From Candidatus Scalindua sp. (GTDB lineage: Bacteria > Planctomycetota > Brocadiia > Brocadiales > Scalinduaceae), in assembly GCA_031316235.1 (NCBI GenBank), contig JALDRA010000001.1:3030001-3062000 (forward strand): a stretch of DNA of 32,000 nt, given 5' to 3'. The position numbers and the translations under genes were made by a program. The notes under the pieces were generated by a model. That model worked only from the letters and a program-made list of their open reading frames with translations, searched no databases and was not told the DNA's origin. Of the stretch, positions 9,999 through 19,346 are shown one piece after another; within the stretch, counting starts at the first letter, position 1; every line of letters begins with the position of its first letter.

Positions 9999-10658
9999 TT
10001 ATTCTGTTTTTTTATCTCTTAAAGACTCAATTACCTCATCAATAAGGCCGTAATCTTTTGCTTCCTGTGCGGACATGTAAAAATCTCTATCAAAATCTTT
10101 TTCTACTTTCTCAATCGGTTGATTACTGTGTTTGACCAGTATATCATTCAGACTTTTCTTCATATACATAATCTCTTCTGCCTGGATGCTGATGTCTATG
10201 GCGGTGCCGGTAGTACCGCCCCAGGGTTGGTGTAACATTATTCTCGTATGCGGCAAACCATACCTCTTCCCTTTTGTACCTGATGCGATAAGGACTGCAC
10301 CCATACTAAATGCCTGTCCAATACTATAGGTCGCAACATCACAATGAACAAACTGCATTGTGTCATAGATGGCTAGACCCGCGGTAATTGAACCACCCGG
10401 AGAATTTATATAGATGTTGATATCCTGAGTCTTGTTTTCATTTTGTAGAAAGAGCATCTGCGCTATTACGATGTTTGCAACGCTATCTTCTATTGGTGTG
10501 CCGATGAATATTATCCGATCTTTGAGCAATCGGGAAAATATATCATAATGTCTTTCACCATATCCAGTTTTTTCAATAACCGAAGGGACAAAGACGTTAC
10601 CATATTTTCCGTACAAATCCTTATATAATCCCATGTGGCTACAATCATTCATATTCAA
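9999..10658 (-). CDS. clpP: ATP-dependent Clp protease proteolytic subunit
   Basis: 219 aa. YINSPGGS motif. Catalytic Ser in GQAFSMGA, His in MLHQP, Asp in DRDFYM. It lies directly downstream of tig. It has an N-terminal extension of about 20 aa. Confidence 0.93.
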   Translation of the reverse strand: MNMNDCSHMGLYKDLYGKYGNVFVPSVIEKTGYGERHYDIFSRLLKDRIIFIGTPIEDSVANIVIAQMLFLQNENKTQDINIYINSPGGSITAGLAIYDTMQFVHCDVATYSIGQAFSMGAVLIASGTKGKRYGLPHTRIMLHQPWGGTTGTAIDISIQAEEIMYMKKSLNDILVKHSNQPIEKVEKDFDRDFYMSAQEAKDYGLIDEVIESLRDKKTE

Positions 10659-10692
10659 GATCCTTATGTATAAGTGGTATTCTTATTTAAAT

Positions 10693-11994
10693 TTATCTAT
10701 TATTTTCCTGTTGATTATCTTCTATTACAGCATGTTTTAATAAGAAATCTATTGTCTTCGTATCTCTCAATTGATGTCGTAAGTTTGAAATGGAATTCAT
10801 TTTCTCAAGCTGCTTGCGCATTTTTGACTGATCAGTTCCATACATGTATGCAAGTGTGGTTATCTTATTATTGAGATCTTTTTCCGTGACATAGATTCTC
10901 TCTTTTTCAGCAATTTGTGCAAGAACAAGGGACAGTTTGAAATCTCTGATAACGGACTCTTCAGAAACAACCTTGAGCTCTTTCAGGTTTTCCTGGATTT
11001 TTTCCATTGATATCCCTTTGTTCAAAAGATCGATCTGGTAGTTGTGTATTTTTCTGTTTGTCTGATCATTAACCATATCTTTCGGCAGTTCAAAATCTGC
11101 CATCTTCAACAGGTGTTCATTGATCTGTTCACGCATGTCCATTTCTGCATAATGTTCTTTTTCAGAGTTAAGCTTTGTTGAAACATATTCCTTTAACTCC
11201 TTGAGTGATTCATGGCCTAACTCCTTTGCCATCTGGTCATTGATTTCCGGGACAACCGGCCTTTTTATCTCTTTTACTGATAATACCAATTTGGCGGAAC
11301 TGTTTCTGTGCTCTTCGACTGGAAAATCATCACCAAGTTCAACGTTAAGAGAACACTCTTTTCCTGACGGCAACCCCAAAAGGCTTGCTTGCAGATCCGG
11401 GACATTTATATCTGCTACGCGAGAGCCAGATACATCGATATCCGCATCTTCACTCTTCCAAACTATCTCGTTTTTTACCTTAACGTTACAGTCACAGATA
11501 ATGTGGTCATTTGCTTCAATCTTGCCGTCTTCAATGACAACGAGCTGTGTTTTTTGTTTGTTGATATTTTCGAGTGTTTTTTCTATATCCTCGTTTGTGA
11601 CAGCAACGGGTTTCCTCGACAGGTGCAGACCTTTATATTCACCTAATTCGAAAGTCGGCAGAACCTCCAGTGTGATATCAAAAATGAGAGGCTTCCCCAG
11701 TTCAAGAGTGATTTCGCTAAGCTCAGGTTCTCCTACAGGAGAAAGCTCGTTTTTCGTAATAACTTCCTGGTAGGTATTGCTAACAATTGATTGTTTTACT
11801 TCATCTGAAATTCTTTCGCTATACTTTTTCTCAATAAGCTTCATTGGTACTTTACCTTTTCTGAAACCTGGCAAGTTGACCGTACCGGACAGCTTATTGA
11901 GTTGTGTCTGCCACTCTTGTTCAATTTTGTCGCTTGGCACTTCAACCCTTATCAATTTCTTACATGGGGCGATTTCTTCAATTCCGATCTTCAT
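10693..11994 (-). CDS. tig: Trigger factor (ribosome-associated PPIase chaperone)
   Basis: N-terminus MKIGIEEIAPCKKLIRVEVP... with the ribosome-binding GFRKGKVP motif. Central FKBP-like region. Canonical tig-clpP order. The track begins at TTG 12009, but ATG 11994 gives the canonical N-terminus. Confidence 0.9.
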   Translation of the reverse strand: MKIGIEEIAPCKKLIRVEVPSDKIEQEWQTQLNKLSGTVNLPGFRKGKVPMKLIEKKYSERISDEVKQSIVSNTYQEVITKNELSPVGEPELSEITLELGKPLIFDITLEVLPTFELGEYKGLHLSRKPVAVTNEDIEKTLENINKQKTQLVVIEDGKIEANDHIICDCNVKVKNEIVWKSEDADIDVSGSRVADINVPDLQASLLGLPSGKECSLNVELGDDFPVEEHRNSSAKLVLSVKEIKRPVVPEINDQMAKELGHESLKELKEYVSTKLNSEKEHYAEMDMREQINEHLLKMADFELPKDMVNDQTNRKIHNYQIDLLNKGISMEKIQENLKELKVVSEESVIRDFKLSLVLAQIAEKERIYVTEKDLNNKITTLAYMYGTDQSKMRKQLEKMNSISNLRHQLRDTKTIDFLLKHAVIEDNQQENNR

Positions 11995-12062
11995 TTGTTG
12001 GTATCTCAATCAATACAGAAATATGGTATTTTATTAGGCTTAACACACTCTTCAACACGAAA

Positions 12063-12137
12063 TGGAGCGGGTGATGGGGATCGAACCCACGACATTCACG
12101 TTGGCAACGTGACGCTCTACCGCTGAGCTACACCCGC
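12063..12137 (-). tRNA. tRNA-Gly (anticodon GCC), CCA encoded
   Basis: Reverse complement: GCGGGTG-TA-GCTC-AGCGGTA-GAGC-G-TCACG-TTGCCAA-CGTGA-ATGTC-GTGGG-TTCGATC-CCCAT-CACCCGC-T-CCA. Confidence 0.92.
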
Positions 12138-12190
12138 TTAGATGTTCATAATTATAATTGCTAGTATGAGATTTACAACACTTTTTTATT

Positions 12191-12275
12191 TGGTGCGAGA
12201 GGGGGGAGTCGAACCCCCACACCTTGCGGTACTAGATCCTAAGTCTAGCGCGTCTGCCAGTTCCGCCACCCTCGC
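12191..12275 (-). tRNA. tRNA-Leu (anticodon TAG), class II with long variable arm, CCA encoded
   Basis: Reverse complement: GCGAGGG...anticodon stem CTAGA/TCTAG with loop CTTAGGA, a variable-arm hairpin, T-arm GGGGG-TTCGACT-CCCCC, and 3' end ...CTCTCGCACCA. Confidence 0.9.
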
Positions 12276-12935
12276 TTCAAGAAATATCAATTTACATCTC
12301 ATTACCCCTGGATGTTTGGGGTTGCCGCTTTTTTATAAGAAAAATGCTTAAGGTAGCTTTTACCACCTTTTTATATTTCTTTCAAGTAAGAAATCCTTGA
12401 CGATTGAAAAAGGCTGGTAAGATCGGTTTTAAAATAACCGTTAATCAGCTTGGTCTGAATTGTGAAGACTGAAACACAACCTTGAAATATGGTCATAGAA
12501 AAAAATTGTGTGTAGTTTGTGATTTGAGAGTAAGGTAATTTTGTCATGGTAAAAATACTAAGCATTTTATCAGCTTCTGTTGGGTTCTGGTTCTTCCAGG
12601 TTGGGCGACTTGAGTAAGTTCTGGTATACTAAAACCGATTTGGTTTTCGGTTTTACCGGAAACCAAGTCTTGGTGAAGGTATACTCGCTCAATTTAATCT
12701 CGGATTTTATCCGAAAACCATTTTGAGATGAGTATAAAATCAGGATCTAATTCAAATGCTCAAGGTCAATTAAATAGTTGTACTTTTTGATAACTATTGG
12801 TATGATTCAACTCCTCGCTGATCTCATAAATGGTTTTCCGCCTTTTATAGAAATTTTAATCCAGAGGGAACATTTGTCAGAACAGATCTGTTTCTAATAA
12901 AAAAACAGATCTGTTCCTGCATATCGTAATATATT

Positions 12936-13370
12936 ATGGAAAACTTCCCGAAACAGAGAGAGAAGCAGCCTTGGTATAAAAAGGGGCTCAATTTTGAATG
13001 TCAGAGATGTGGCAATTGCTGCCGTGGAGAACCGGGTCTGGTCAAGGTTGGGCGGGAAGATATCAAGAAAATCTCGGCCTATCTGAATATCGACCGGGAA
13101 TCTTTTGCAAAAAAGTATCTCAGAGTTGTTAATGGTGACATCAGCCTGCGGGAATACAGTAACGGTGATTGCTTCATGTATGATAATGGCTGTAAGATCT
13201 ATACAACCCGCCCATTACAGTGCCGGACCTTTCCCTTCTGGAAGTCACACCTGAAAGAGAAGTCGAAGTGGAAAAAACAGAAACGGACGTGCCCGGGAAT
13301 GGAAAGGGGCAGGTTTCATACATACGAAGAAATAGAGAGGAATTTAACACCTGAATTGAACGATTTTTAA
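12936..13370 (+). CDS. YkgJ family cysteine-cluster protein (CxxCxxCC, putative Fe-S/Zn binding)
   Basis: 144 aa. FECQRCGNCCRGEPG followed by GDCFMYD..GCKIYTTRPLQCRTFPFW. This matches the CxxCxxCC family architecture. Confidence 0.8.
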   Translation: MENFPKQREKQPWYKKGLNFECQRCGNCCRGEPGLVKVGREDIKKISAYLNIDRESFAKKYLRVVNGDISLREYSNGDCFMYDNGCKIYTTRPLQCRTFPFWKSHLKEKSKWKKQKRTCPGMERGRFHTYEEIERNLTPELNDF

Positions 13371-13479
13371 TGGAAAATTTCATACCTGATATCCAGTTCT
13401 AATGAAATTTGTCTTGACAAAAAAATAAATCAATATAATCTAGAACGTTTTATTAAATTTAATAATTTTTCCTTAACTT

Positions 13480-13689
13480 ATGCTATTAGACGTAGACAAA
13501 TTAAGCCAATGTGAAGGTGGAACATTCTATGTGACTACCCTGTTGATTAGAAGGGTTCGGGAGTTACTCAATGGATCACCAAAGCTGGTGAAGACGGATT
13601 TGAGCGATCCAATTCAGATTGCATTTGAAGAGTTAAGCAGGGGAAAACTCCTGCCATCCGATGCTGCAGCAGAAAAGGTTGAAGAGTAA
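13480..13689 (+). CDS. rpoZ: Probable DNA-directed RNA polymerase omega subunit
   Basis: 69 aa. TFYVTTLLIRRVRELLNG resembles the omega core (N-R-F/Y-x-L-V-x-x-A-x-R-R-A-R-Q-L). The later IQIAFEELSRGKL resembles the A-L-x-E-I-x-x-G-K motif. A TTGACA/TATAAT-like pair lies upstream at 13414-13439, but the spacer is only 14 nt. Confidence 0.5.
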   Translation: MLLDVDKLSQCEGGTFYVTTLLIRRVRELLNGSPKLVKTDLSDPIQIAFEELSRGKLLPSDAAAEKVEE

Positions 13690-13772
13690 CGTTTGAAACC
13701 GTGTAATCACTGTAAATTCTGGCAAACTAATTTTGTATTGTGGTGTAATGGTATACACCGGAGGCAATTTGT

Positions 13773-14726
13773 ATGATAAGTGTTAAAAATTTAACGAAGC
13801 GGTATGTCAATACGGCTGCTGTTGATAATATTTCTTTCGAGGTCGAAGATGGCGATATTGTTGGATTACTCGGGCCGAACGGTGCCGGCAAAACGACCAC
13901 TATGCGGATATTGACCTGTTTTATGCCCGCTACAGAGGGCTCGGCTACGGTAGCGGGCCACGATGTTTTTAATGATTCATTAAACGTACGCCAAAAGACA
14001 GGGTATCTCCCTGAAAACGTTCCGCTTTATCTGGATATGAGAGTAAAAGAGTATCTCTATTTTCGTGCTCGTCTTAAAAAAATACCGAGAAGATACCGGA
14101 TGCAGAAAATGGGAGAGTGTCTGGAACTCTGCGGCATTACCGATGTGCAGAATCAGATTATCGGTACGTTATCGAAGGGGTATAAACAGAGGGTCGGACT
14201 TGCGGATACCCTTATCCATGATCCTGAAATATTGATTCTTGATGAACCTACCATAGGGCTCGATCCAAATCAGATAAGGCAGATTCGTAAAGTGATAAAG
14301 GATTTGGGTAAAAAACATACCATACTGCTGTCTACACATATTCTTCCTGAAGTTGAAATGGTCTGCAATAAAGTCATCATTATTAACAAGGGGAAGATTG
14401 TAGCAATGGATACACCTGCGAATCTCATGAATCAGCTCAAGGCAGGGAGGAATGTTGTGCTGGAGGTGAAAGGTGATGGCGAGAAAATTAAAGAGAGTAT
14501 TTCCCGGATAGAGGGAATCGGTTCGGTTGTCTGGAAAGAAAAGGGAGAGGTAAACGAATTTACTGTTGAAGCAGCTGAAGGGAAAGATTTGAGGGAAGAT
14601 ATTTTTAAATGTATAGTCAGAGATAATTACATTCTCCGGGAGATGAAACGGAAGGCTATCACTCTGGAAGAGATATTTCATCAGATTACTACCACCGAAA
14701 CGGAGGATATATTAAAAAATGAGTAA
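13773..14726 (+). CDS. ABC transporter ATP-binding protein (ABC-2 / GldA-like subfamily)
   Basis: Walker A GPNGAGKTT, signature LSKGYKQR, Walker B ILILDEPT, H-loop STHIL. GGAGG SD upstream. Confidence 0.92.
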   Translation: MISVKNLTKRYVNTAAVDNISFEVEDGDIVGLLGPNGAGKTTTMRILTCFMPATEGSATVAGHDVFNDSLNVRQKTGYLPENVPLYLDMRVKEYLYFRARLKKIPRRYRMQKMGECLELCGITDVQNQIIGTLSKGYKQRVGLADTLIHDPEILILDEPTIGLDPNQIRQIRKVIKDLGKKHTILLSTHILPEVEMVCNKVIIINKGKIVAMDTPANLMNQLKAGRNVVLEVKGDGEKIKESISRIEGIGSVVWKEKGEVNEFTVEAAEGKDLREDIFKCIVRDNYILREMKRKAITLEEIFHQITTTETEDILKNE

Positions 14727-15429
14727 TGTACATACTATTTTTTTGCGTGAAATAAGATCATATTTTGTTTCACCGATAGCTTATATTGTGATTTCTGTAT
14801 TTCTGGTGGCGTCTGGATTCTTTTTTGCCGGAAACCTGCAATTCTGGCAGGAGGCGTCATTAAAAGGAAGTTTGGATTCTATTCAATTTTTCCTCTTATT
14901 GCTTACACCCGTGATTACAATGAGGCTGATTTCAGAAGAAACCAAATCTGGTACTATGGAAACCTTGATGACATCACCTGTTACAGATTTTGATGTGGTT
15001 TTTGGTAAGTTCCTGGCAGCTTTAGGCTTATACATGGTTATGATATTGCCAACGTGGATATTTGTCCTGTTTTTGTACATTTTTGGTAATCCTGATTTTG
15101 GGCCGATTATCTCAAGTTATATAGGATTGACCCTTATGGGGGGATTGTTTGTCTCGATTGGGATCTTAATATCTTCTTTAACGAGAAATCAGATTGTTGC
15201 CGCAGTAATTGGGTTGATTTCATTAATACTTTTGTGGGTTATGGGGTTTTTGAGTTCGTATGGGGATAGCTGGTATTATCAGTGTCTGAAATATATAGGT
15301 ACTTTTGACCACTGGGAATCATTCACAAAGGGAATTGTGGATACACGGGATGTAATTTATTATCTTAGCTTTACTGCGCTCATGTTATTTATTACAGTGC
15401 GAGTTGTTGAAAGTAGAAAATGGAGGTAG
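14719..15429 (+). CDS. ABC-2 type transporter permease (GldF-like)
   Basis: 236 aa with about 6 hydrophobic helices. The ATG overlaps the ATPase stop codon (ATGAGTAATG, 8-nt overlap), which indicates translational coupling. Confidence 0.85.
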   Translation: MSNVHTIFLREIRSYFVSPIAYIVISVFLVASGFFFAGNLQFWQEASLKGSLDSIQFFLLLLTPVITMRLISEETKSGTMETLMTSPVTDFDVVFGKFLAALGLYMVMILPTWIFVLFLYIFGNPDFGPIISSYIGLTLMGGLFVSIGILISSLTRNQIVAAVIGLISLILLWVMGFLSSYGDSWYYQCLKYIGTFDHWESFTKGIVDTRDVIYYLSFTALMLFITVRVVESRKWR

Positions 15430-17018
15430 AAAGATCTTTGAATATGGAAGTAAAAAAGACTCCAACCAGTATGGTCAATGTGAGAAAGCGAAAAACCTTA
15501 ATCGGTTTGAATGTTGCTGTAATGATTATCATCTCGATAGTGATCTTTGTGTTTGTCAGTTATATAAATGACAGACATTATTTTCGCTTTGATTTTACCG
15601 CATCTGGAAAATATTCATTATCCAACAAAACAAAAAAAATAGTAAAAGGTTTGGAAGAGCCGGTTTTTGTAACGACATTACTGCAGCATAATCCCGATTA
15701 TCGTTTCCACGGACAAATTCTGGATATATTGGAGGAGTATAAATATTTATCTGACAAAATAAAGGTTACCAGTTTAAATCCTTTCACCGATCAAACAAAG
15801 ATAACGGAGCTCTCAGAACTGCTTAAGATGGATTTAGAGCAGTTGCAGTTAAATTCTATAATCTTTGTATCTGGTGATAAAAGTAAGCATGTGCCTCTTA
15901 CCGAAGTGATAGAGCGATCGTTTCCTTTCAAATTCAAAGGAGAGGAAGTCTTCACATCAGCGATTTTAAATGTGACGCAGGAGAAGCAGACTACCATTTA
16001 TTATACAAAAGGGCACGGTGAGAGGGACTTTGAAGATTTTGAACGCCCCGGTTTAGGGGGTCTTTCAAGTGCCTTAAAACGCGCTAATTATAAAGTACTG
16101 CCCCTGGATTTACTTAAAAAGAAGCAAGTCCCTGAGGACTGTGATTTACTCTTTATAGCGGGGCCAACAAAGAGCTTCTCAACAGAGGAGACAAATTTTA
16201 TTCGAGATTACCTGGGAACCACAGCCAGGTTAGTGGACGAAAAAGGGGAGCTGAAGGACGGAAAATTATTGGTAATGTTGGAACCATCTCTGGGCTCAAA
16301 CACCACTTCGGGTTTAAATGCCCTGCTTGGTGAATATGGTATCATGGTGAGGGATGACACGGTGGTATATAACAAGGTGAACCTTCCACTTTTTGGTATG
16401 CAAACGGTTTCTGAGATATACGTTAGCGATAATAAGTATCCTGATCATGAGATAACACAGGATATGAGAAGCCTTACCACGTTGTTTTTTGGTTCATGCG
16501 TCGTAAGTGCTGCCCCATTGACTGATTCAATGGCGTTTGCTGCGAAAGTTATAGCCGAAGCCCCCGATAGTAGCTGGGGTGAGACCGAGGTAGGGGTTCA
16601 GAAAAAACCAAAATATAATCAGGATGTTGATGTCGCTGCACCGATATCACTCGCAGTTGCTTCTGAGTTGAGAGAAGCACCGACAAATCCACAGGCAGAC
16701 TTGCATACGCCTCCCCATGCTTCAAAGCTTTTTGAAAATATTGGGGAGAAGGGTGCACGCGTTGTGGTTTTTGGTGATGTCGATTTTGCAGCAAATGCAT
16801 TTGCCAATAATCCGGGGAATAGGGATTTAGTCTTAAATTCTATAAGCTGGTTGGCTCGAAAGGAAAAAGAGCTTGGAATATCTGCAAAGGCTCCTGATGT
16901 GAGGAGGTCAATTATTAAACCTGCGCAAATGACCTTTATATTCTGGACGTCCATAGCAGGGTTGCCATTTATAGGGATATTAGTTGGAGGTATTGTCTGG
17001 TGGATAAGAAGAAGATAG
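15420..17018 (+). CDS. GldG-like ABC transporter auxiliary component
   Basis: 532 aa. One N-terminal TM helix (LNVAVMIIISIVIFVFVSYI) and one C-terminal TM helix (FIFWTSIAGLPFIGILVGGIVWWI). VVFGDVDFAAN motif. It overlaps the permease stop codon by 10 nt. ATG 15444 is an alternative start. Confidence 0.8.
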   Translation: MEVERSLNMEVKKTPTSMVNVRKRKTLIGLNVAVMIIISIVIFVFVSYINDRHYFRFDFTASGKYSLSNKTKKIVKGLEEPVFVTTLLQHNPDYRFHGQILDILEEYKYLSDKIKVTSLNPFTDQTKITELSELLKMDLEQLQLNSIIFVSGDKSKHVPLTEVIERSFPFKFKGEEVFTSAILNVTQEKQTTIYYTKGHGERDFEDFERPGLGGLSSALKRANYKVLPLDLLKKKQVPEDCDLLFIAGPTKSFSTEETNFIRDYLGTTARLVDEKGELKDGKLLVMLEPSLGSNTTSGLNALLGEYGIMVRDDTVVYNKVNLPLFGMQTVSEIYVSDNKYPDHEITQDMRSLTTLFFGSCVVSAAPLTDSMAFAAKVIAEAPDSSWGETEVGVQKKPKYNQDVDVAAPISLAVASELREAPTNPQADLHTPPHASKLFENIGEKGARVVVFGDVDFAANAFANNPGNRDLVLNSISWLARKEKELGISAKAPDVRRSIIKPAQMTFIFWTSIAGLPFIGILVGGIVWWIRRR

Positions 17019-17039
17019 GCGGAGGTTTGTAAGAATATA

Positions 17040-19346
17040 ATGAAACTCAAAACAACGATAATTCTTTTGATAGTTGCCATTATTGGTGTGTGTTACATTT
17101 TTTTGTACGAAAGAAAACAATTCAGGACGGAAGAATTGTTCCAGAGGAAACAGATGGTGTTACCCGATTACAAGGTAGCACAGATCAATAAAATTGAGAT
17201 CAGGAAGGATACTGAATCAATTGTATTAGAAAATATAGGAGATGATCATTGGAGATTGCTGGAACCTTTAAATTTGAGGGCGGATGTCGCTGAAGTTAAC
17301 AATATACTCTCACAGTTTGAGTTTCTGAAAAAGATGGGAACGCTCAAGGAGAGTGAAATAGAGGGCTTTGATAGAAGTGATTATGGTCTCGATAAACCAA
17401 AAGTTGTTATCAATTTGTGGCGAAAGAAAGGCTTGTTGAATCCCGAAGGAGCAGATGCGGGTAGTGATTCAAAATATACCATTTACATAGGTGATAGAAT
17501 AGCAGCAGGTCAGAATAATGTCTATATTTCGGTTGAAGGTGAGCGTGATATTTTTGTGGTATTGAGCAGCCTGCTGGATAAAATCACTAAGGATGTGAAC
17601 GATTTAAGAAACAAATGGGTTTTTGAATTTGACGAAGCAGCTGTTGAAAGGGTTAAGATTGTCAACACCTCGCAAGAGAGCATTATCTGTTCCAAGGAAG
17701 AGAGCCTCTGGTGGATGTCCGAACCTGTTACTGATCGGGCTGATAGCCAGAGAATTAAAGGGATCATTAATGAGTTGAAAAATTTGAAGATTGCTAAGGC
17801 GGATTTTGTCTCGGACACTGAAAGCGATATTGCAAAGTGTGGGTTGGATCAACCGATCCTTACGGTGAGTATTGGATTCCAGGATGAGGTGCAGACGCTC
17901 CTTTTAGGGCATTCCTTAGATGATAGAGTGTATGCGAAACGGAGTGACGAGAGTGCTATTTTCTATGTACATGACGTAGTTATTGATGACATGGATCTGA
18001 AACCCAACGATTTGCGTGATAGACAATTTTTACGCTTTGAGTCTATCGGTTCTTATGGTATTGAGCAGTTAAAGTTTGAATATTCAGATGAGGTGGTAGC
18101 GATTGAGAAGACAGAACAGTATGATTGGCTGATAAAGTCGCCAGCGGAAATACTGGGGGATGGCGATGTCATTCGTGGGTTTGTCGAGAAAATCAAAGAG
18201 CTGCAGATCCAGGAGTTTGTTGATGATAGTGGTGAAAATTTAGCAAAGTACGGTCTCGACCAGCCCGCTGTTAGCATTTCCGTATTTCGAAAGATTGGCG
18301 AAGGTGAGACGGTGAAGTTTCATGTTGGTACGACTGATGAAAATGGGGGGCTCTGCTATGTATCGAGAGCAGACAATAACGCTGTTTTTTCTGTACCTAC
18401 TGAAAGTTTTTATGAAATTGCAACGGGTAGATTCCTGGCCCTGAGAGATAAATTGGTTATGGAATTCCCTAAGGAAAACGCAACAGAAATAGTTGTGGAG
18501 AGGGACGGGGAGACGTTTGTTTGCCGGAAGGAAGAGGGGATTATCCAAAAATGGTTTTTGACGAGTCCTGTTAAAGTAGAGGCCGATATTGATTCTGTGA
18601 ATCAGGTAGTCTGGAACCTTGCATTTTTGAAAGCAGACAAATTTATTGATACGAAGGCGGAAGATTTAAGCTTGTACGGCCTTGATAATCCAGCGATAAA
18701 GGTTTCCGTGACATATGAAGAGTCTCGCGGTGCCAAAGACAGTCAAATTGGTGCTGCAGAAGGAGCGATTGATTCGAAACCAGTCACTTCTCCCAGGATA
18801 ACAAAGACTCTGCATGTTGGAAACAAGCTGGAACAAACGAAAGATAAATCTGCCTATTTCGCAAAATTGGCAGATGATGATTTGATTTTTCAAATCGGAT
18901 GGTCGGATATAAGGGATTATCGCGTAGACCTTGTCTCAAAGATCTTGTTCAATTTTGATGTTAGGCAGGTAACTGTGCTAAAGATCAAATCACGTGACCA
19001 TGAAACCGTTTTAAAAAGAAATGAAGAAAACAGGTGGATGATGGTTCAACCGGAAGAGGAGATCATGAAGGGGAACATTGCAGACAATATTTTGTTGACC
19101 ATGAATTCCTTAGAAGCCGACTCTATTGTTGAATATGCAAGCAGTAATTTATCTCTCTATGGGCTGGAAGAGCCGGAGTTCCGCTTGACGGTTGGTCTTG
19201 AAAATGGTGAAAATGCAATGTTGGTGGGGAAAAAGACGGAGTCCTACTATTTTGTCATGAATGAGGCCCTCAGTTACGTTTATCTGGTTCGAAAAAACAA
19301 GTTAGAGGAATTGATGAGTACCGCACAATCGCTGCTTCAAGAGTGA
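17040..19346 (+). CDS. Membrane-anchored protein built from five tandem DUF4340-like modules
   Basis: 768 aa. N-terminal TM helix (TTIILLIVAIIGVCYIFLY). Five modules of about 145 aa, each with W-x-h-x-x-P...D...L followed by YGLDxP: YGLDKPKVVINL, CGLDQPILTVSI, YGLDQPAVSISV, YGLDNPAIKVSV, YGLEEPEFRLTV. It occupies the typical position downstream of gldG-like genes. Confidence 0.75.
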   Translation: MKLKTTIILLIVAIIGVCYIFLYERKQFRTEELFQRKQMVLPDYKVAQINKIEIRKDTESIVLENIGDDHWRLLEPLNLRADVAEVNNILSQFEFLKKMGTLKESEIEGFDRSDYGLDKPKVVINLWRKKGLLNPEGADAGSDSKYTIYIGDRIAAGQNNVYISVEGERDIFVVLSSLLDKITKDVNDLRNKWVFEFDEAAVERVKIVNTSQESIICSKEESLWWMSEPVTDRADSQRIKGIINELKNLKIAKADFVSDTESDIAKCGLDQPILTVSIGFQDEVQTLLLGHSLDDRVYAKRSDESAIFYVHDVVIDDMDLKPNDLRDRQFLRFESIGSYGIEQLKFEYSDEVVAIEKTEQYDWLIKSPAEILGDGDVIRGFVEKIKELQIQEFVDDSGENLAKYGLDQPAVSISVFRKIGEGETVKFHVGTTDENGGLCYVSRADNNAVFSVPTESFYEIATGRFLALRDKLVMEFPKENATEIVVERDGETFVCRKEEGIIQKWFLTSPVKVEADIDSVNQVVWNLAFLKADKFIDTKAEDLSLYGLDNPAIKVSVTYEESRGAKDSQIGAAEGAIDSKPVTSPRITKTLHVGNKLEQTKDKSAYFAKLADDDLIFQIGWSDIRDYRVDLVSKILFNFDVRQVTVLKIKSRDHETVLKRNEENRWMMVQPEEEIMKGNIADNILLTMNSLEADSIVEYASSNLSLYGLEEPEFRLTVGLENGENAMLVGKKTESYYFVMNEALSYVYLVRKNKLEELMSTAQSLLQE

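Noticed and set aside
12371-12565. 64-aa - strand ORF between tRNA-Leu and the ykgJ-like gene.
   Set aside because: It has no SD and an implausible composition, and it lies in a structured non-coding region. I treat it as spurious.
12570-12630. SRP (4.5S) RNA-like 5' segment CTTCTGTTGGGTTCTGG.
   Set aside because: The conserved domain IV elements (GGAA tetraloop context, AGCAGCC) are absent, so it is not an ffs gene.
12881-12915. Possible mini CRISPR or repeat array from the repeated AACAGATCTGTT.
   Set aside because: There are only two 12-bp copies with an 11-bp spacer. This is far too short and too few for a CRISPR array, so I report it as a candidate operator instead.
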